In this document: positions 22,756 through 33,594 of the stretch, in pieces | Position numbering within the stretch: the stretch's first letter is position 1 | Layout of the letters: each line of letters opens with the position of its first letter | DNA from: an uncultured delta proteobacterium | Lineage (GTDB): Bacteria > Desulfobacterota > Syntrophia > Syntrophales > Smithellaceae | Assembly: GCA_963753975.1 (NCBI GenBank) | Contig: CAVWEH010000002.1 | Span: forward strand, 1 to 64,000 | Length of the DNA: 64,000 bases | Direction: 5' to 3' | Translations under genes and position numbers: made by a program | The notes under the pieces: model-generated | Database searches by the model: none | What the model was told of the DNA's origin: nothing | What the model saw: only the letters and a program-made list of their open reading frames with translations

Positions 22756-24099
22756 TTATTGACATTTTAATATTGCTCCGAAAAAACCATCCATATTATT
22801 CGTATGCGGGTAAGTATGATAAAAATTGCGTTTGTCTAAAAGTTGAGGCTTTATTGACGAAGGAGGCTTTTCTAAAGAAAAACGTTTATTCGACTCGATG
22901 AAATCATCTATAATGCATTCATTTTCTTCGGGCAAAAGTGAACAGGTCGAATATATTAAACGGCCGCCTTTTTTAACGGTCCATGCCGCATTATCTAAAA
23001 TACGCTTTTGACCCGAAATATAATTACGCAAGTCTTCGGGGCGGAGGCGCCATTTGATTTCGGGATTTCGCCGCAGAGTTCCGGTGCCGGAACAGGGAGC
23101 ATCGACAAGAACATGATCGAATCTTTCCTTTAAAGAATCGGGTAAACTATTACTTAGATCAACTGCTTCGGTTGTTACATTTGCAATTCCCATTCTTGCT
23201 AATTCTTTTTGCAACTCGGAAATCTTTTCTGAATCATAATCAGCGGCAACGATTTCACCTTTGTTTTTCAAAATTGCCGCTAAATGAGTTGTCTTTCCGC
23301 CTGTGCCGGCGCAAATATCCAGAACTGTTTCATTATTTTTCGGACCGACCAGATAAGAAATACACTGTGAGCCCTCGTCCTGAATACGAATCAATCCTTG
23401 GCGAAAAAAAGAAGTTTTTTGAATCGGTTGATCTGCATGAGACAGAGTAAAACCATCAGGAGAAAAAATTGTTTCCTTGCTAATAAATACGGAATCAGCA
23501 AGTTTTTCTTTGAGTTCTTCGCGCGTGGCTTTTAAGGTGTTAACGCGTATGGTCAAAGGCGGCACCTCATTGTCAGCAGTACACAATGCCAGTGTCTGTT
23601 GTTTACCGAAAATATCAATCCATTTATTAACTAGCCACAGGGGATGGGAATGAAATGATGCAATGTGTTCAGCTGCGTTTTTTTGGAAAGAAGGAAAAGA
23701 TATGCTTTTGCCTGAGCGAAGGTAGTTTCTTAAGATTGCATTGACCAGCGCTCCTTTAGCGGGTTGAATTTTTTTGGCAACTTTGACAGCTTCATCGACC
23801 ACCGCAAAATCCGGGATCCGTTCGCTGAATTTAAGTTGATAGAGTGCTACGCGTAAAACATTTTTAATCTTTTCGTTGAGCGTCGAAAAATCACCCTGAT
23901 AAAGTTTCGTAATTATCCAATCGAGATGTCCCTGGAAGCGCAGTTCGCCGTAAACAAGATGCGTAAGCAGGCGCCCATCGGCAGTGCCGGATAATTTATA
24001 AGCATCAAGGCACTGATCGATAAGCGTTGCGGCAAATTTCCTGTGCTGATGAACCAAAGTTAAAATGTCGACCGCCAGATGGCGAATAGATTTGCCCAT
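22756..24099 (-). CDS. rsmB: 16S rRNA m5C967 methyltransferase RsmB/Sun
   Basis: NusB-like N-terminus, IQDEGSQ, DICAGTGGKT, VDAPCSGTG, YSTCS. Confidence 0.95.
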   Translation of the reverse strand: MGKSIRHLAVDILTLVHQHRKFAATLIDQCLDAYKLSGTADGRLLTHLVYGELRFQGHLDWIITKLYQGDFSTLNEKIKNVLRVALYQLKFSERIPDFAVVDEAVKVAKKIQPAKGALVNAILRNYLRSGKSISFPSFQKNAAEHIASFHSHPLWLVNKWIDIFGKQQTLALCTADNEVPPLTIRVNTLKATREELKEKLADSVFISKETIFSPDGFTLSHADQPIQKTSFFRQGLIRIQDEGSQCISYLVGPKNNETVLDICAGTGGKTTHLAAILKNKGEIVAADYDSEKISELQKELARMGIANVTTEAVDLSNSLPDSLKERFDHVLVDAPCSGTGTLRRNPEIKWRLRPEDLRNYISGQKRILDNAAWTVKKGGRLIYSTCSLLPEENECIIDDFIESNKRFSLEKPPSSIKPQLLDKRNFYHTYPHTNNMDGFFGAILKCQ

Positions 24100-24234
24100 A
24101 GTCCTATATAATTATGTGATTATTGATAATAAATACAGTCGTTTAATGCCGGGAAATACGAGTACATTGGCATATTGATCATCAAGGGACATTCTTGCAT
24201 ACATACATCATATCCGATGCATTATAAAAATAAA

Positions 24235-24837
24235 TCATTTTGGGGGACGAAGAGCAGCGGGGCTTGTTTGATCAGGGTGCTTTCCCTTGACTGTTAGATA
24301 AAAATCACGAATGACGCGCATGTCCCGATCTATGTCTCCAGTTGGATAAATAAGAGGTCCGGCGCCGCCCGTTTTACTGGCATAATCAATAAAAGCTAGC
24401 AGGATGGGAACATGTGCGCCTTCCGCTATATGGTAAAAACCGGATTTCCAGTAAACTACTTTGTGACGGGTACCTTCAGGAGCTATAGCCAGGACGAATT
24501 TCTCATTTGCTTCAAATTCATGAATCATTCGATCCACAATATTACTGGATAATGTCCTGTCAATCGGCAATCCGCCCAGCCATTTCATTAGCGGACTGAA
24601 GGGCCACCTGAATAATTCTTTTTTAGCGAAAAAGCGAGCGTCAAGCTTTAGCGCAAAAGCCAGGATTACACCATAGAATACATCCCAATTAGAAGTGTGC
24701 GGCGCAACAATGAGTAAATATTTTGCTTTTTCGGGTAGCTGACCGATTTCTTTCCAGCCGAGTATCCTTAAAAAAAACAGAGATACACCTAGCAAAATTG
24801 ATTTAACAAGGGGTGTATTAAATATTGTGTAAGGCAA
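24235..24837 (-). CDS. PlsC-like lysophospholipid acyltransferase
   Basis: APHTSNWD, IAPEGTR, WKSGFYHIA. Confidence 0.9.
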   Translation of the reverse strand: MPYTIFNTPLVKSILLGVSLFFLRILGWKEIGQLPEKAKYLLIVAPHTSNWDVFYGVILAFALKLDARFFAKKELFRWPFSPLMKWLGGLPIDRTLSSNIVDRMIHEFEANEKFVLAIAPEGTRHKVVYWKSGFYHIAEGAHVPILLAFIDYASKTGGAGPLIYPTGDIDRDMRVIRDFYLTVKGKHPDQTSPAALRPPK

Positions 24838-25013
24838 AGCTGTTTTCCCAATTTTATAGAATTAATTATTTATCAAAACGTTGAGTTATCGGCTTTTTTT
24901 AATTTCACTTCCTCATTTTTTATATATATTAAATGTTTGTCGTACCTGTCAAGATAATAAGGCCGTTCGTAAATAAGACAGCTCTTGCTCTTGATCAGGA
25001 TTATATTTACAGG

Positions 25014-25955
25014 TCATGAGCCTAGAATGACATTGGGATTAAGGCGATAACCGCGCAGAAATGCGCCCACCGGCATCTTTTTTTTACCGGTGAGTTGCAA
25101 CTCTTTTAAAAGCACATACCCGTTTTTAGCGGCAATAGGTATGCCCTCTGCGGTTATAATACCGATTGTGCCCGGAATATTATCGACATTGCTAGGTTTT
25201 GGTTCGGCAGCATATATTTTCAGTAAGCGGCCTGCTAAAAGCGTGTAAGCTGCGGGTATGGGGCATAGGCCGCGGATAAGATTTACAATGTCGAAGATAT
25301 CAGCCTGCCAGTTTATTCGGCTGGTTTCTTTTGTCAGGCGAGGGGCAAAGGTGACTAACGAAGGATCCTGTGCTCTATCGGTTAAATTACCTGCGAGTAT
25401 TTGTTCAATAGCAGCTATAAGTAACTGAGCTCCTCGCGACGCTAAGCGGTCATGAAGTTGGCCGTAGTTTTCAGTCGCCGGAATAATAGTTTCGCTCTGT
25501 AAAATAATGTTTCCGGAGTCCATTCCTTCATCCATATGCATAATTGTAACGCCTGTTTTTGTCTCTCCATTAATTATGGCCCAATTGATCGGCGCCGCGC
25601 CGCGATATTTCGGCAAGAGGGAAGGGTGAATATTCAGGCAGCCCAGAGGCGGAAAATCAATGATAACTTTTGGCAGAATTTTACCGAAAGCGGCAACGAC
25701 AACCATTTCTGGATTAAGTTTTTGGAAAAGGTCGATAAAAGATTTTTCGTTAATATTTTCGGGCTGAAAAATCGGCAAACCGAGCTTTTGCGCGAAAATT
25801 TTCACGGGAGGAGCGATTTTTTTTTGACCTCTTCCCCGGGGGCGATCAGGTTGAGTAACAACACCGATAAGGGGATAGCTCCGGGCATGGAGTATATCCA
25901 GCGCAGGAATGGCGAAAGACGGTGTTCCCATAAAAAGAATGCCCGGCTTGGTCAT
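25014..25955 (-). CDS. fmt: Methionyl-tRNA formyltransferase
   Basis: FMGTPSFA, VTQPDRPRGRG, NIHPSLLPKYRGAAPI, MDEGMDSG. Confidence 0.97.
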   Translation of the reverse strand: MTKPGILFMGTPSFAIPALDILHARSYPLIGVVTQPDRPRGRGQKKIAPPVKIFAQKLGLPIFQPENINEKSFIDLFQKLNPEMVVVAAFGKILPKVIIDFPPLGCLNIHPSLLPKYRGAAPINWAIINGETKTGVTIMHMDEGMDSGNIILQSETIIPATENYGQLHDRLASRGAQLLIAAIEQILAGNLTDRAQDPSLVTFAPRLTKETSRINWQADIFDIVNLIRGLCPIPAAYTLLAGRLLKIYAAEPKPSNVDNIPGTIGIITAEGIPIAAKNGYVLLKELQLTGKKKMPVGAFLRGYRLNPNVILGS

Positions 25956-26184
25956 TAAAAAGAATCCTTTCTTTTTTCTGTAAAAACACATATAGGTAAA
26001 TAAATCTAATGTGTCAAGGGCAACGATCTCACAGCTCTTTTATTATAATTGTTGTAAAACTAAACATGTTGTTTTATTCAAAAAAAGATTACTAAAATTA
26101 TTCATAGTGCATTGATAAATATTAAAGGGTAAATTATACAGGGGTGCTTCAACATTTTTGCGATTCTATATTCGGGAGGCAAAT

Positions 26185-26475
26185 ATGAAAAAGTGGCTTT
26201 TCCTTCTGCTAATATTTGTTATTTCCGGCTGCGATCAACCTTCCAATGAAATGATCAAGAATGATTTTCAGCGAATACATCCGAAAGCGCAAATTGTTTT
26301 GATAAAACCGGTGGAGAAGAGTTCCGCTACTTACCGGGTTGATATCAGCTACAGCCCTGATACGAGCTATCTTACGGAAACAACCGGATCATTTCAGGAA
26401 GATACTTTCCTTTATAAAAAGATCAAGGGGAAGTGGGTCAATACTTGGCGAAAATCAAGCGGAAAGAAAGAGTAG
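26185..26475 (+). CDS. Small lipoprotein, hypothetical
   Basis: RBS GGGAGG, MKKWLFLLLIFVISGC lipobox. Confidence 0.7.
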   Translation: MKKWLFLLLIFVISGCDQPSNEMIKNDFQRIHPKAQIVLIKPVEKSSATYRVDISYSPDTSYLTETTGSFQEDTFLYKKIKGKWVNTWRKSSGKKE

Positions 26476-26596
26476 CTTATAGAAAACATAAATTAGCACT
26501 TTTTTGATTTCCCCGATTAATAATTTGAACAGAAAATGAATATTCCTTTGGCAGGTTAATGCTATTATCCAAAAAATTAAAAATAAATTATTTAGC

Positions 26597-27748
26597 TTGC
26601 CCTGGGATTTCCGTCTATTCTTAACAGCCACATTTGTTTTCGGTTTTTCGCAAAGTCTTGTCGACTCGACTTTTAATAATTTTCTCAATGAAACCTATAC
26701 CATTAGTAACCTGCAAAGAGGCTTAATGGAACTGCCGCGGGAGCTTCCCGGCTTTCTGGTGGTATTTTTTTCGGCGATTTTATTTTTTCTTTGTTCCCGG
26801 AGACTGGCATTTGTGGCCAATTTCCTTTGCGCAGTGGGAATTTTGTTAATTGGTTTCTATTCTCCGAACTTTCCCGTCATGCTTATCTGGCTTTTTATTT
26901 TCAGCGTCGGTCAGCATTTGTTCATCCCTTTGAACCAGAGTATCGGTATGGAACTGGCGGCTGATGGGCAGACCGGCAGAAGGTTGGGGCAGTTCAGCGC
27001 CGTGGCCAATGTTTCCGCGATCATCGGAAGTGTTGCCATCTTCGTCGGATTTATGTATTTAGATCTCAATTACAAAATATCTTACTTTGTGGCTTTTCTG
27101 GGGTTTCTTCTCGTATCGATCCTGATCTTCCTGATGAAAAAGGATGAGCCCTATGCAGCCAAGACCAAACTCAAACTCCGCAAAGAGTACAGACTCTTTT
27201 ACTGGCTGAATATTCTGTACGGTACGCGCAAACAGATTTTTCTGACATTTGCCCCCTGGGTGCTGGTAACAGTCTTTAAACAAAAGACACAAATGATAGC
27301 AACGCTGCTGGCCGTTGGCGGTGCTATCGGCATATTTTTCAAACCGATGCTGGGAAGGGCAATCGATCGACTGGGCGAAAGATTTATCCTCAGCGCTGAG
27401 GCTGTGCTTCTTGTTTTTGTCTGCCTGGGCTATGGTTATTCCCGAGAGATTTTTTCCGAAACTGCCGCGCTGTTTGTCGCTTTTGCCTGTTATGTTCTTG
27501 ATCAACTGCTCATGTCGGTTAGTATGGCGCGAGCAACCTATCTGCAAAAAATTGCTGTTGTTCCGGAAGATGTTGCCCAAACGTTGACGATGGGCGTGAC
27601 TATTGATCATGCCCTCTCCATCACGATTGCCCTTACGGGAGGGATTCTTTGGGTGACATGGGGGTATCAGTATATATTTCTTCTGGGCGCCTGCATCGCT
27701 GTGATTAATTTCTTTTCAGCATTGAGAGTTAAAATAAAAAGAACTTAA
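26597..27748 (+). CDS. MFS transporter
   Basis: About 12 hydrophobic segments, GRAIDRLGER motif; start codon uncertain. Confidence 0.85.
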   Translation: MPWDFRLFLTATFVFGFSQSLVDSTFNNFLNETYTISNLQRGLMELPRELPGFLVVFFSAILFFLCSRRLAFVANFLCAVGILLIGFYSPNFPVMLIWLFIFSVGQHLFIPLNQSIGMELAADGQTGRRLGQFSAVANVSAIIGSVAIFVGFMYLDLNYKISYFVAFLGFLLVSILIFLMKKDEPYAAKTKLKLRKEYRLFYWLNILYGTRKQIFLTFAPWVLVTVFKQKTQMIATLLAVGGAIGIFFKPMLGRAIDRLGERFILSAEAVLLVFVCLGYGYSREIFSETAALFVAFACYVLDQLLMSVSMARATYLQKIAVVPEDVAQTLTMGVTIDHALSITIALTGGILWVTWGYQYIFLLGACIAVINFFSALRVKIKRT

Positions 27749-27817
27749 AAAAGTTCAATGATTGCTTGCCGTAGAAATTAGCGCAGAGTTTCTTGATATG
27801 AGTTCGTGCTGAAAAAA

Positions 27818-27978
27818 GGCTCATTAGTGCTCATAATCTTTTTACGACCATGCAACCTCTCGCTCCACTGCCAAAGCAAAACTCGTCCGCTGTGGGCGGA
27901 CTCAAACACTTGCTTTGGTAGCCGTTGCGCTGTGAGGGCATGGTACCCGTAAAAAGCTTAATTCGCACTTCATGAGCC
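27818..27978. repeat. Long imperfect palindrome (REP/MITE-like)
   Basis: Nested pairs GGCTCAT/ATGAGCC, CTTTTTACG/CGTAAAAAG, ACCATGC/GCATGGT, CCAAAGCA/TGCTTTGG, apical GTCCGC/GCGGAC. Confidence 0.8.
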
Positions 27979-28374
27979 AATATTTCAACTACTGCAATAT
28001 TATGTACATTCAGTTAGCTTTACCTTACTTTTGTAAAAGACAAATCATTTGTCATTCCTTGGCGCATTGCCAAGTGCATGCAGGATGACTGAGGAATCCA
28101 GAAAGAATGACACTGGGAGGAATCTGGTTTCTTAAGAAAAATATTGACATATTATTAGGGAATTATATGCTTCACTAATTAAATATCAAATTATTGAATA
28201 AAATATAAAGTATTTTCTCGGTGCTATGCAGCAAATTTTGCAGTATTTCGGTTATTATGGCGGATACATATAAACATTGTTAGCCACCCAGTGGCACTAG
28301 CTGCCAGAACCAGAATAAGGTTGGTGAATGAATTAGAAGCACCGACGTTGCAGAAATGAAGAGGTGATCTTCCG

Positions 28375-29616
28375 ATGTATGTGGCATCTATTATTTTTGC
28401 GCTCACCTACATATTGATTTCTTTGGGTGAGAACAGCCCACGAAAGATGGATCGTCCAACGGCCGCTTTACTTGGCGCAGTTTTGATGTTGATGACTGGA
28501 TCTCTCAGTCGTGCTGAGGCAGCCACCGCCCTGGATTTAAGCACTCTAGCGGTCCTATTTGGTATGATGGTGCTCTTAGCTGTGCTGATGCAAAGTGGAC
28601 TGCCCACGTGGTTGGCTTTCAGGGTACTCAATCGCTGCCGCAACCCGCACACGCTGCTAGCCGTCGTTGTTTTCGCCTCAGGCACAGCTTCTGCCCTGCT
28701 ACTGAATGACACGGTCTGTTTGTTAGGCACGCCGCTGCTCTTGCAGGTAACTGAACGGGCGAAGATTAGAGCAACTCCCTTTCTGCTGGGGTTGGCAACC
28801 AGTGCGAATATCGGCAGTGTCATGACGCTGACAGGAAATCCACAAAACATTATCATCGGGCATGCATCAGGCTGGAGTTGGGCGGGATATGCCTTGCGTA
28901 TGGTGCCAATAGGGTTGATATGTCTCACAGTAAACTGGCTCACACTTGTGCTGCTATTCCGGCGCTCGTTAGCGTCTGCAAACATGCTCTGGGAGAGGGC
29001 CACAATGCCTAAGGTTACAGTGCAGTCTGCTTTGGCGCTCAAAAGCGTGTGTGCATTCGTTGGGCTAATTGTAGCCTTTTGGGCCGGAGCGCCAATGGAT
29101 GTTTCCGCAGTCGCAGCGGCGGCTGTCCTTTTGGTTTGGGCTAACCGCCCGCCTAGAGAGGCATTGGAAGCGGTAGACTGGTCGCTGCTTTTGTTCTTTG
29201 CTGGTCTGTTTGTGGTTGTTGGAGGTTTTGTAAAGGCGGATCACTACCTTCTGAATAAGTGGATTGAAAGACTTGATATGCAGGTCCATTTGATGAGTGT
29301 CGTGCAGATCAGCGCCGCCACAATCCTGGGGAGCAATGTCTTTTCCAATGTCCCCTTTGTGCTTATCGTTAGTCATTGGGTAAAGCAAATGAATAATCCC
29401 CAATTCGTTTGGCTTCTGCTGGCTCTCACCAGCACCTTTGCGGGCAATCTTACCTTGTTTGGCAGCGTTGCGAATGTGATAGTGGCACAGGGAGCCCAGC
29501 AAACAGCACCCTTACGATTTGCAGATTTCCTTCGGGCTGGTATACCAATAACTCTTGGCACTACAGCTATGGGCGTCTTCCTGTTGTGGATATTTTTCAT
29601 TAGAGGCTGGATCTGA
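28375..29616 (+). CDS. ArsB/NhaD (SLC13-like) anion transporter
   Basis: DRPTAALLGA, SALLLND, SANIGSVMTLTGNPQN, SNVP, STFAGNLTLFGSVAN. Confidence 0.9.
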   Translation: MYVASIIFALTYILISLGENSPRKMDRPTAALLGAVLMLMTGSLSRAEAATALDLSTLAVLFGMMVLLAVLMQSGLPTWLAFRVLNRCRNPHTLLAVVVFASGTASALLLNDTVCLLGTPLLLQVTERAKIRATPFLLGLATSANIGSVMTLTGNPQNIIIGHASGWSWAGYALRMVPIGLICLTVNWLTLVLLFRRSLASANMLWERATMPKVTVQSALALKSVCAFVGLIVAFWAGAPMDVSAVAAAAVLLVWANRPPREALEAVDWSLLLFFAGLFVVVGGFVKADHYLLNKWIERLDMQVHLMSVVQISAATILGSNVFSNVPFVLIVSHWVKQMNNPQFVWLLLALTSTFAGNLTLFGSVANVIVAQGAQQTAPLRFADFLRAGIPITLGTTAMGVFLLWIFFIRGWI

Positions 29617-29683
29617 ATTGCGGTTATTAAAGACTAAAGAATGGGTCCAAACGCTGACAATGGAAGCAGGGAAGGGTCTTGAA

Positions 29684-30361
29684 ATGTTCACTTTGCTGCT
29701 CAAATATCTTCGTGATTCACGCTTCGTCTGGGATGTTATGGGACCTGTCTATAACCGATACATTTATGACGCCATTGCTGAGCTGTACGACCATATTGTC
29801 CGTCAACTGGAATCGGAAACACTAACGAGAATTCTTGATGCAGGCACGGGCAGGGGATATATTTCCTTGATGCTTGCGACCCAAAATCCCCAGTCATCCG
29901 TCATCGGGATCGATTATTCCTCTACGCAGGTTCGGGCTGCAGAAAAGCTTCGCCGCAAAAGAAAAATCGCCAATTGTTCCTTCCTTAGAAACAATGTCAT
30001 GGACATTCGGTTCAACGACAATATATTTGATGCCGCCGTCAGCGTGGGATCGATCAAGCACTGGCCCGATGGCCTGAAGGGATTGCGGGAAATTTACCGC
30101 GTACTCAAACCCAGGGGGACGCTCATCATCTCTGAAACCGACCAAGGTGTAACGGATGAGGCCGTCCGGCAGTTTATCCGGCGTTTCCATATTTGGTTTC
30201 TGCCGGACGGACTGCTTTTCTGGGGCCTGCGCCGTGTTGTCTTTGGAGAGAGTTATTCGGAAAAGAGTCTGGAGGATGTTGTGCGTAAAGCCAGGTTCCG
30301 TAATATCGTGCGCCAGAGGGTGCCCGCGTGCCCCTATGTCATCATCAAAGCCTGTAAATAA
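29684..30361 (+). CDS. Class I SAM-dependent methyltransferase
   Basis: ILDAGTGRG, GIDYS, FDAAVS, EIYRVLKPRG; start uncertain (ORF open from 29555). Confidence 0.88.
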   Translation: MFTLLLKYLRDSRFVWDVMGPVYNRYIYDAIAELYDHIVRQLESETLTRILDAGTGRGYISLMLATQNPQSSVIGIDYSSTQVRAAEKLRRKRKIANCSFLRNNVMDIRFNDNIFDAAVSVGSIKHWPDGLKGLREIYRVLKPRGTLIISETDQGVTDEAVRQFIRRFHIWFLPDGLLFWGLRRVVFGESYSEKSLEDVVRKARFRNIVRQRVPACPYVIIKACK

Positions 30362-30381
30362 AGGAACTATCCCGCCCCCTC

Positions 30382-32790
30382 TCACATAAAATTTTCCGGA
30401 TCCACATCCGCAGTAATCTTTACCGCACTATTTGTGCATTTCTGTAAGAGTTCCTGTGCTATCTGATGTAAGATATTCGTATCCTGCCCCTTGATCAGCA
30501 TTTGGAAGCGGAAGCGTCCCCTGATTTTAGACAGTGGTGATTCGGCCGGGCCGATAATTTCCACAGCATTACTGAAACGCGCCGATATCTTTCTTGCCTG
30601 CTCGCCGATGAGGTTTGTCTGCTCTACAAGAGTTTCTTTTTTGTTCGAAGATAAACGCAAATTAATGATCCGGCCAAACGGCGGGTATTGCAGTGATTGG
30701 CGAAAATCGATTTCTTCAGCGTAAAATGATTTGTAGTCGTGATTTTGTGCATGTTTCAGAGCATAGTGTTCCGGATTGAAGGTCTGAATAATGACTTTGC
30801 CGGCGGTGTCGCCGCGGCCTCCGCGTCCGGCGACTTGTGTCAGCAGTTGGAAAGTTCGTTCCGCCGCCCGGAAATCAGGCATATTCAGAGATGTATCTGC
30901 CGCGATAACGCCGACGAGTGTGATAAACGGAAAATCATGTCCCTTGGTGATCATTTGTGTGCCTAAAAGTATATCGATATCCTTCCGCCAAAGAGATTGC
31001 AGAATCTTTTCCTGACTTCCCTTACGGGAAGTTGTATCGGAATCCATTCTTTGAATGCGGGCTTTGGGAAAAAGTATTTCTATTTCGGCTTCGAGCTTTT
31101 GCGTGCCGACACCATAGCTTAGGATGCGGCCGCTTTTGCAGGAGGGGCATAAAGGCATAGCTTTTTGCGTGTAATCACAATAATGGCATTTAATGATATT
31201 TTCGGCGGCATGTTTTTTCAGGGAAACGGCACAATTCGGGCAGCGGAAATTATAACCGCAATCGGCACAGACAAGAAACGTGTCAAAACCGCGTTTATTT
31301 AGAAAAAGTAAAACTTGTTCATTTTTCTCTAATGTTTCGCCGATAGCAGAGATTAACGCAGGGGAAAGGATCGGCGCTTTGCCCTGTTTTTCTTTGAGTT
31401 CTTTCATGTCGATAATCTCCACTACGGGCAAAGGCTTGTTGTTAATCCGTTGAGTCAATTCCAGATAATAGTACTTTTTTGTCTGGGCGTTGAAATATGT
31501 ACGGACGCCGGGTGTCGCCGAACCAAGTACGATTACCGCCTGAGCTAACTTTGCTTTCATAACGGCCAGATCACGGGCGTGGTAGCAAAGCCGTTCATCT
31601 TGTTTATAGGATGTATCATGCTCTTCATCGACGATGATCAGCTGCAGGTTCGGCAAAGGAGCAAATAGAGCGGAACGTGCGCCGATGACCAGATTGATTC
31701 TGCCTCGTTTGATTTGCCGCCATTGATCGTAGCGGATGGATTCCGCAATGCCGCTGTGCAGAACGGCAATCTTTTGTTCGTCGAATCTTCCGGCAATGCG
31801 GGAGATTAGCTGGGGGGTTAAAGCAATCTCCGGGACAAGGTAAATTGCCGTCCCGCCGTTTTCCAGAGCCTCTTCAATTGCATTTAAATAGACCTCGGTT
31901 TTTCCGCTGCCGGTGACCCCGTGAAGTAAAATAGGGGTGAAAACATTTTTCCCCAGATAACGGGAGATCTCTGTGAGCGCCATTTTCTGCTCGTCATTGA
32001 GGGTTATATTTCTTTCGCTGGAATTAATTACCGAATGCAGGGATGCTGTGCGGATCTTTTCTGCGGATGTAAATGAAATAATTTTTTTATTACGAAGATT
32101 ATTGACAACGGCCATGGAAGTTTTAGCCTTTTTTATTAAATCGTTTAAGGCCATGGGATCGTGAGTTTTGAGAAATTCGACAAGCAGTTCCTGTTTGGCG
32201 GTTAATTTCGTTCCGGCGATTTTGCTTTCGTCCAGCACCGCAATTTTTTCACTGCGCAGGGCCAGTTGTTTATTTTGTTTTTCTTCAATCTTTAATAGGC
32301 CTGCTAAATGAAGGCCGCGTACTGCTGAAGAAATATTTTTCAGACTGTTGGTTTTGCTCAGGTTGCTCAAAGTGATGCCTTGCGGGTATTGCCTTAAAAA
32401 GGCCAAGAGGCTTTCCTGCGCAGACGAGAGGAGTATACCAACGGGCAAAGATACGGGAGTAATCCAGAGAAAGTCTTTTTTTTCGGAACCGGCAGGAATT
32501 AACTCCGCCAATGTTTTGCCCAGCGGATAGATAAAGTAATTGGCAATCCATTGATAAAAATCAAGATCGGCCTTACTGAAAAGAGCTTCATCATCAAGTA
32601 ACTCCATAACTGATTTTATCTTGGTCAGGTTACAGGGGACATTGATGGCGACAATAAAACCGGTGCGTTTTCTGCGGCCAAAGGGGATAAAAACTCGTTT
32701 GCCGATTTCAACATCCTTACGTAAATTTGGAGGAACTTCATAGGTGAAGAGTTTATCGGCAGGAATGTTCAAGGCGACATTTACATACAT
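30382..32790 (-). CDS. priA: Primosomal protein N'
   Basis: GVTGSGKTEVY, LVPEIALTPQ, DEEH, Zn-binding CxxC pairs, GTQMITKGHDF, QVAGRGGR. Confidence 0.98.
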   Translation of the reverse strand: MYVNVALNIPADKLFTYEVPPNLRKDVEIGKRVFIPFGRRKRTGFIVAINVPCNLTKIKSVMELLDDEALFSKADLDFYQWIANYFIYPLGKTLAELIPAGSEKKDFLWITPVSLPVGILLSSAQESLLAFLRQYPQGITLSNLSKTNSLKNISSAVRGLHLAGLLKIEEKQNKQLALRSEKIAVLDESKIAGTKLTAKQELLVEFLKTHDPMALNDLIKKAKTSMAVVNNLRNKKIISFTSAEKIRTASLHSVINSSERNITLNDEQKMALTEISRYLGKNVFTPILLHGVTGSGKTEVYLNAIEEALENGGTAIYLVPEIALTPQLISRIAGRFDEQKIAVLHSGIAESIRYDQWRQIKRGRINLVIGARSALFAPLPNLQLIIVDEEHDTSYKQDERLCYHARDLAVMKAKLAQAVIVLGSATPGVRTYFNAQTKKYYYLELTQRINNKPLPVVEIIDMKELKEKQGKAPILSPALISAIGETLEKNEQVLLFLNKRGFDTFLVCADCGYNFRCPNCAVSLKKHAAENIIKCHYCDYTQKAMPLCPSCKSGRILSYGVGTQKLEAEIEILFPKARIQRMDSDTTSRKGSQEKILQSLWRKDIDILLGTQMITKGHDFPFITLVGVIAADTSLNMPDFRAAERTFQLLTQVAGRGGRGDTAGKVIIQTFNPEHYALKHAQNHDYKSFYAEEIDFRQSLQYPPFGRIINLRLSSNKKETLVEQTNLIGEQARKISARFSNAVEIIGPAESPLSKIRGRFRFQMLIKGQDTNILHQIAQELLQKCTNSAVKITADVDPENFM

Positions 32791-32908
32791 AAAAAGTAGT
32801 TTAAGCTATTTTTAAAAAATCAAGAACGATTTTTATACAAACCGATTTCTATACGATTTGTGCTCTAATCAACGGTATTCAACCCGCAGCAATCTTTGAA
32901 AGCCGGTT

Positions 32909-33047
32909 CCTGCGTAGCGGCGTCTTATATACACCGCTATGCAGGATAATTCTACCTGCAAGTTTCAGCGCACTCTGTTTCTGAAGCTTGGGTCTCATTA
33001 CAACTTACCAATTCTGATGCGCTTCGCTTTCAGAATCGAGGTTTCAC
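32909..33047. repeat. Composite hairpin cluster, homologous to 49421-49598
   Basis: CCTGCGTAGCGGCGT/ACACCGCTATGCAGG stem followed by CAACTT...stem-loop...GTTTCAC units. Confidence 0.7.
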
Positions 33048-33051
33048 TAAC

Positions 33052-33081
33052 AAAAAAAACGCCCCAAAGTTAGGACGTTTT
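33052..33081 (-). terminator. Intrinsic terminator after dksA
   Basis: Minus strand AAAACGTCCTAACTTTGGGGCGTTTTTTTT. Confidence 0.7.
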
Positions 33082-33104
33082 CAATAAAGAATTTGTGCTT
33101 GAGG

Positions 33105-33485
33105 TTATTCGCCTTTGAGCTTTTCGATTTTTTCCTGCTTTGTTTTGCAGTCAATGCATAAGGTAGTGACAGGCCTGGCCATTAATCGTTTTTCGGAGAT
33201 CGGCCCGCCGCACACTTCACAAATGCCAAAAATGCCGTCATCAATTCTTTTGATTGCTTCCTGCATTTTCAATATGAGCTTGCGTTCCCTATCCCTGATG
33301 CGCAACTCAAAGTTCCGGTCGGATTCCAGAGATGCTCTGTCGTTGGGATCGGGAAAATTTTCTTTGCCGTTGGTCATTTCCGAAACAGTTTTACCCGCTT
33401 CCGTTAAAAGCTCGTTAATTTTCTGAATCAGTAGTGTCCGAAATGCTTCCAGTTTCTCGGGCTTTAAATTTATTTGCTTTTCCAA
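33105..33485 (-). CDS. dksA: RNA polymerase-binding protein DksA
   Basis: DPNDRA coiled-coil tip, RDRERKLI, CEVC...RLMARP..LCIDCK. Confidence 0.95.
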   Translation of the reverse strand: MEKQINLKPEKLEAFRTLLIQKINELLTEAGKTVSEMTNGKENFPDPNDRASLESDRNFELRIRDRERKLILKMQEAIKRIDDGIFGICEVCGGPISEKRLMARPVTTLCIDCKTKQEKIEKLKGE

Positions 33486-33594
33486 TATTTCTACTCCTCG
33501 CGTAAAAAACTTAACGTTGCTTATTACCTAAAGGCAAATTGTTTGTAAAGAGAAATAATTACGCCAATAATAGCTTTAAAACAGGCTAAATTAT

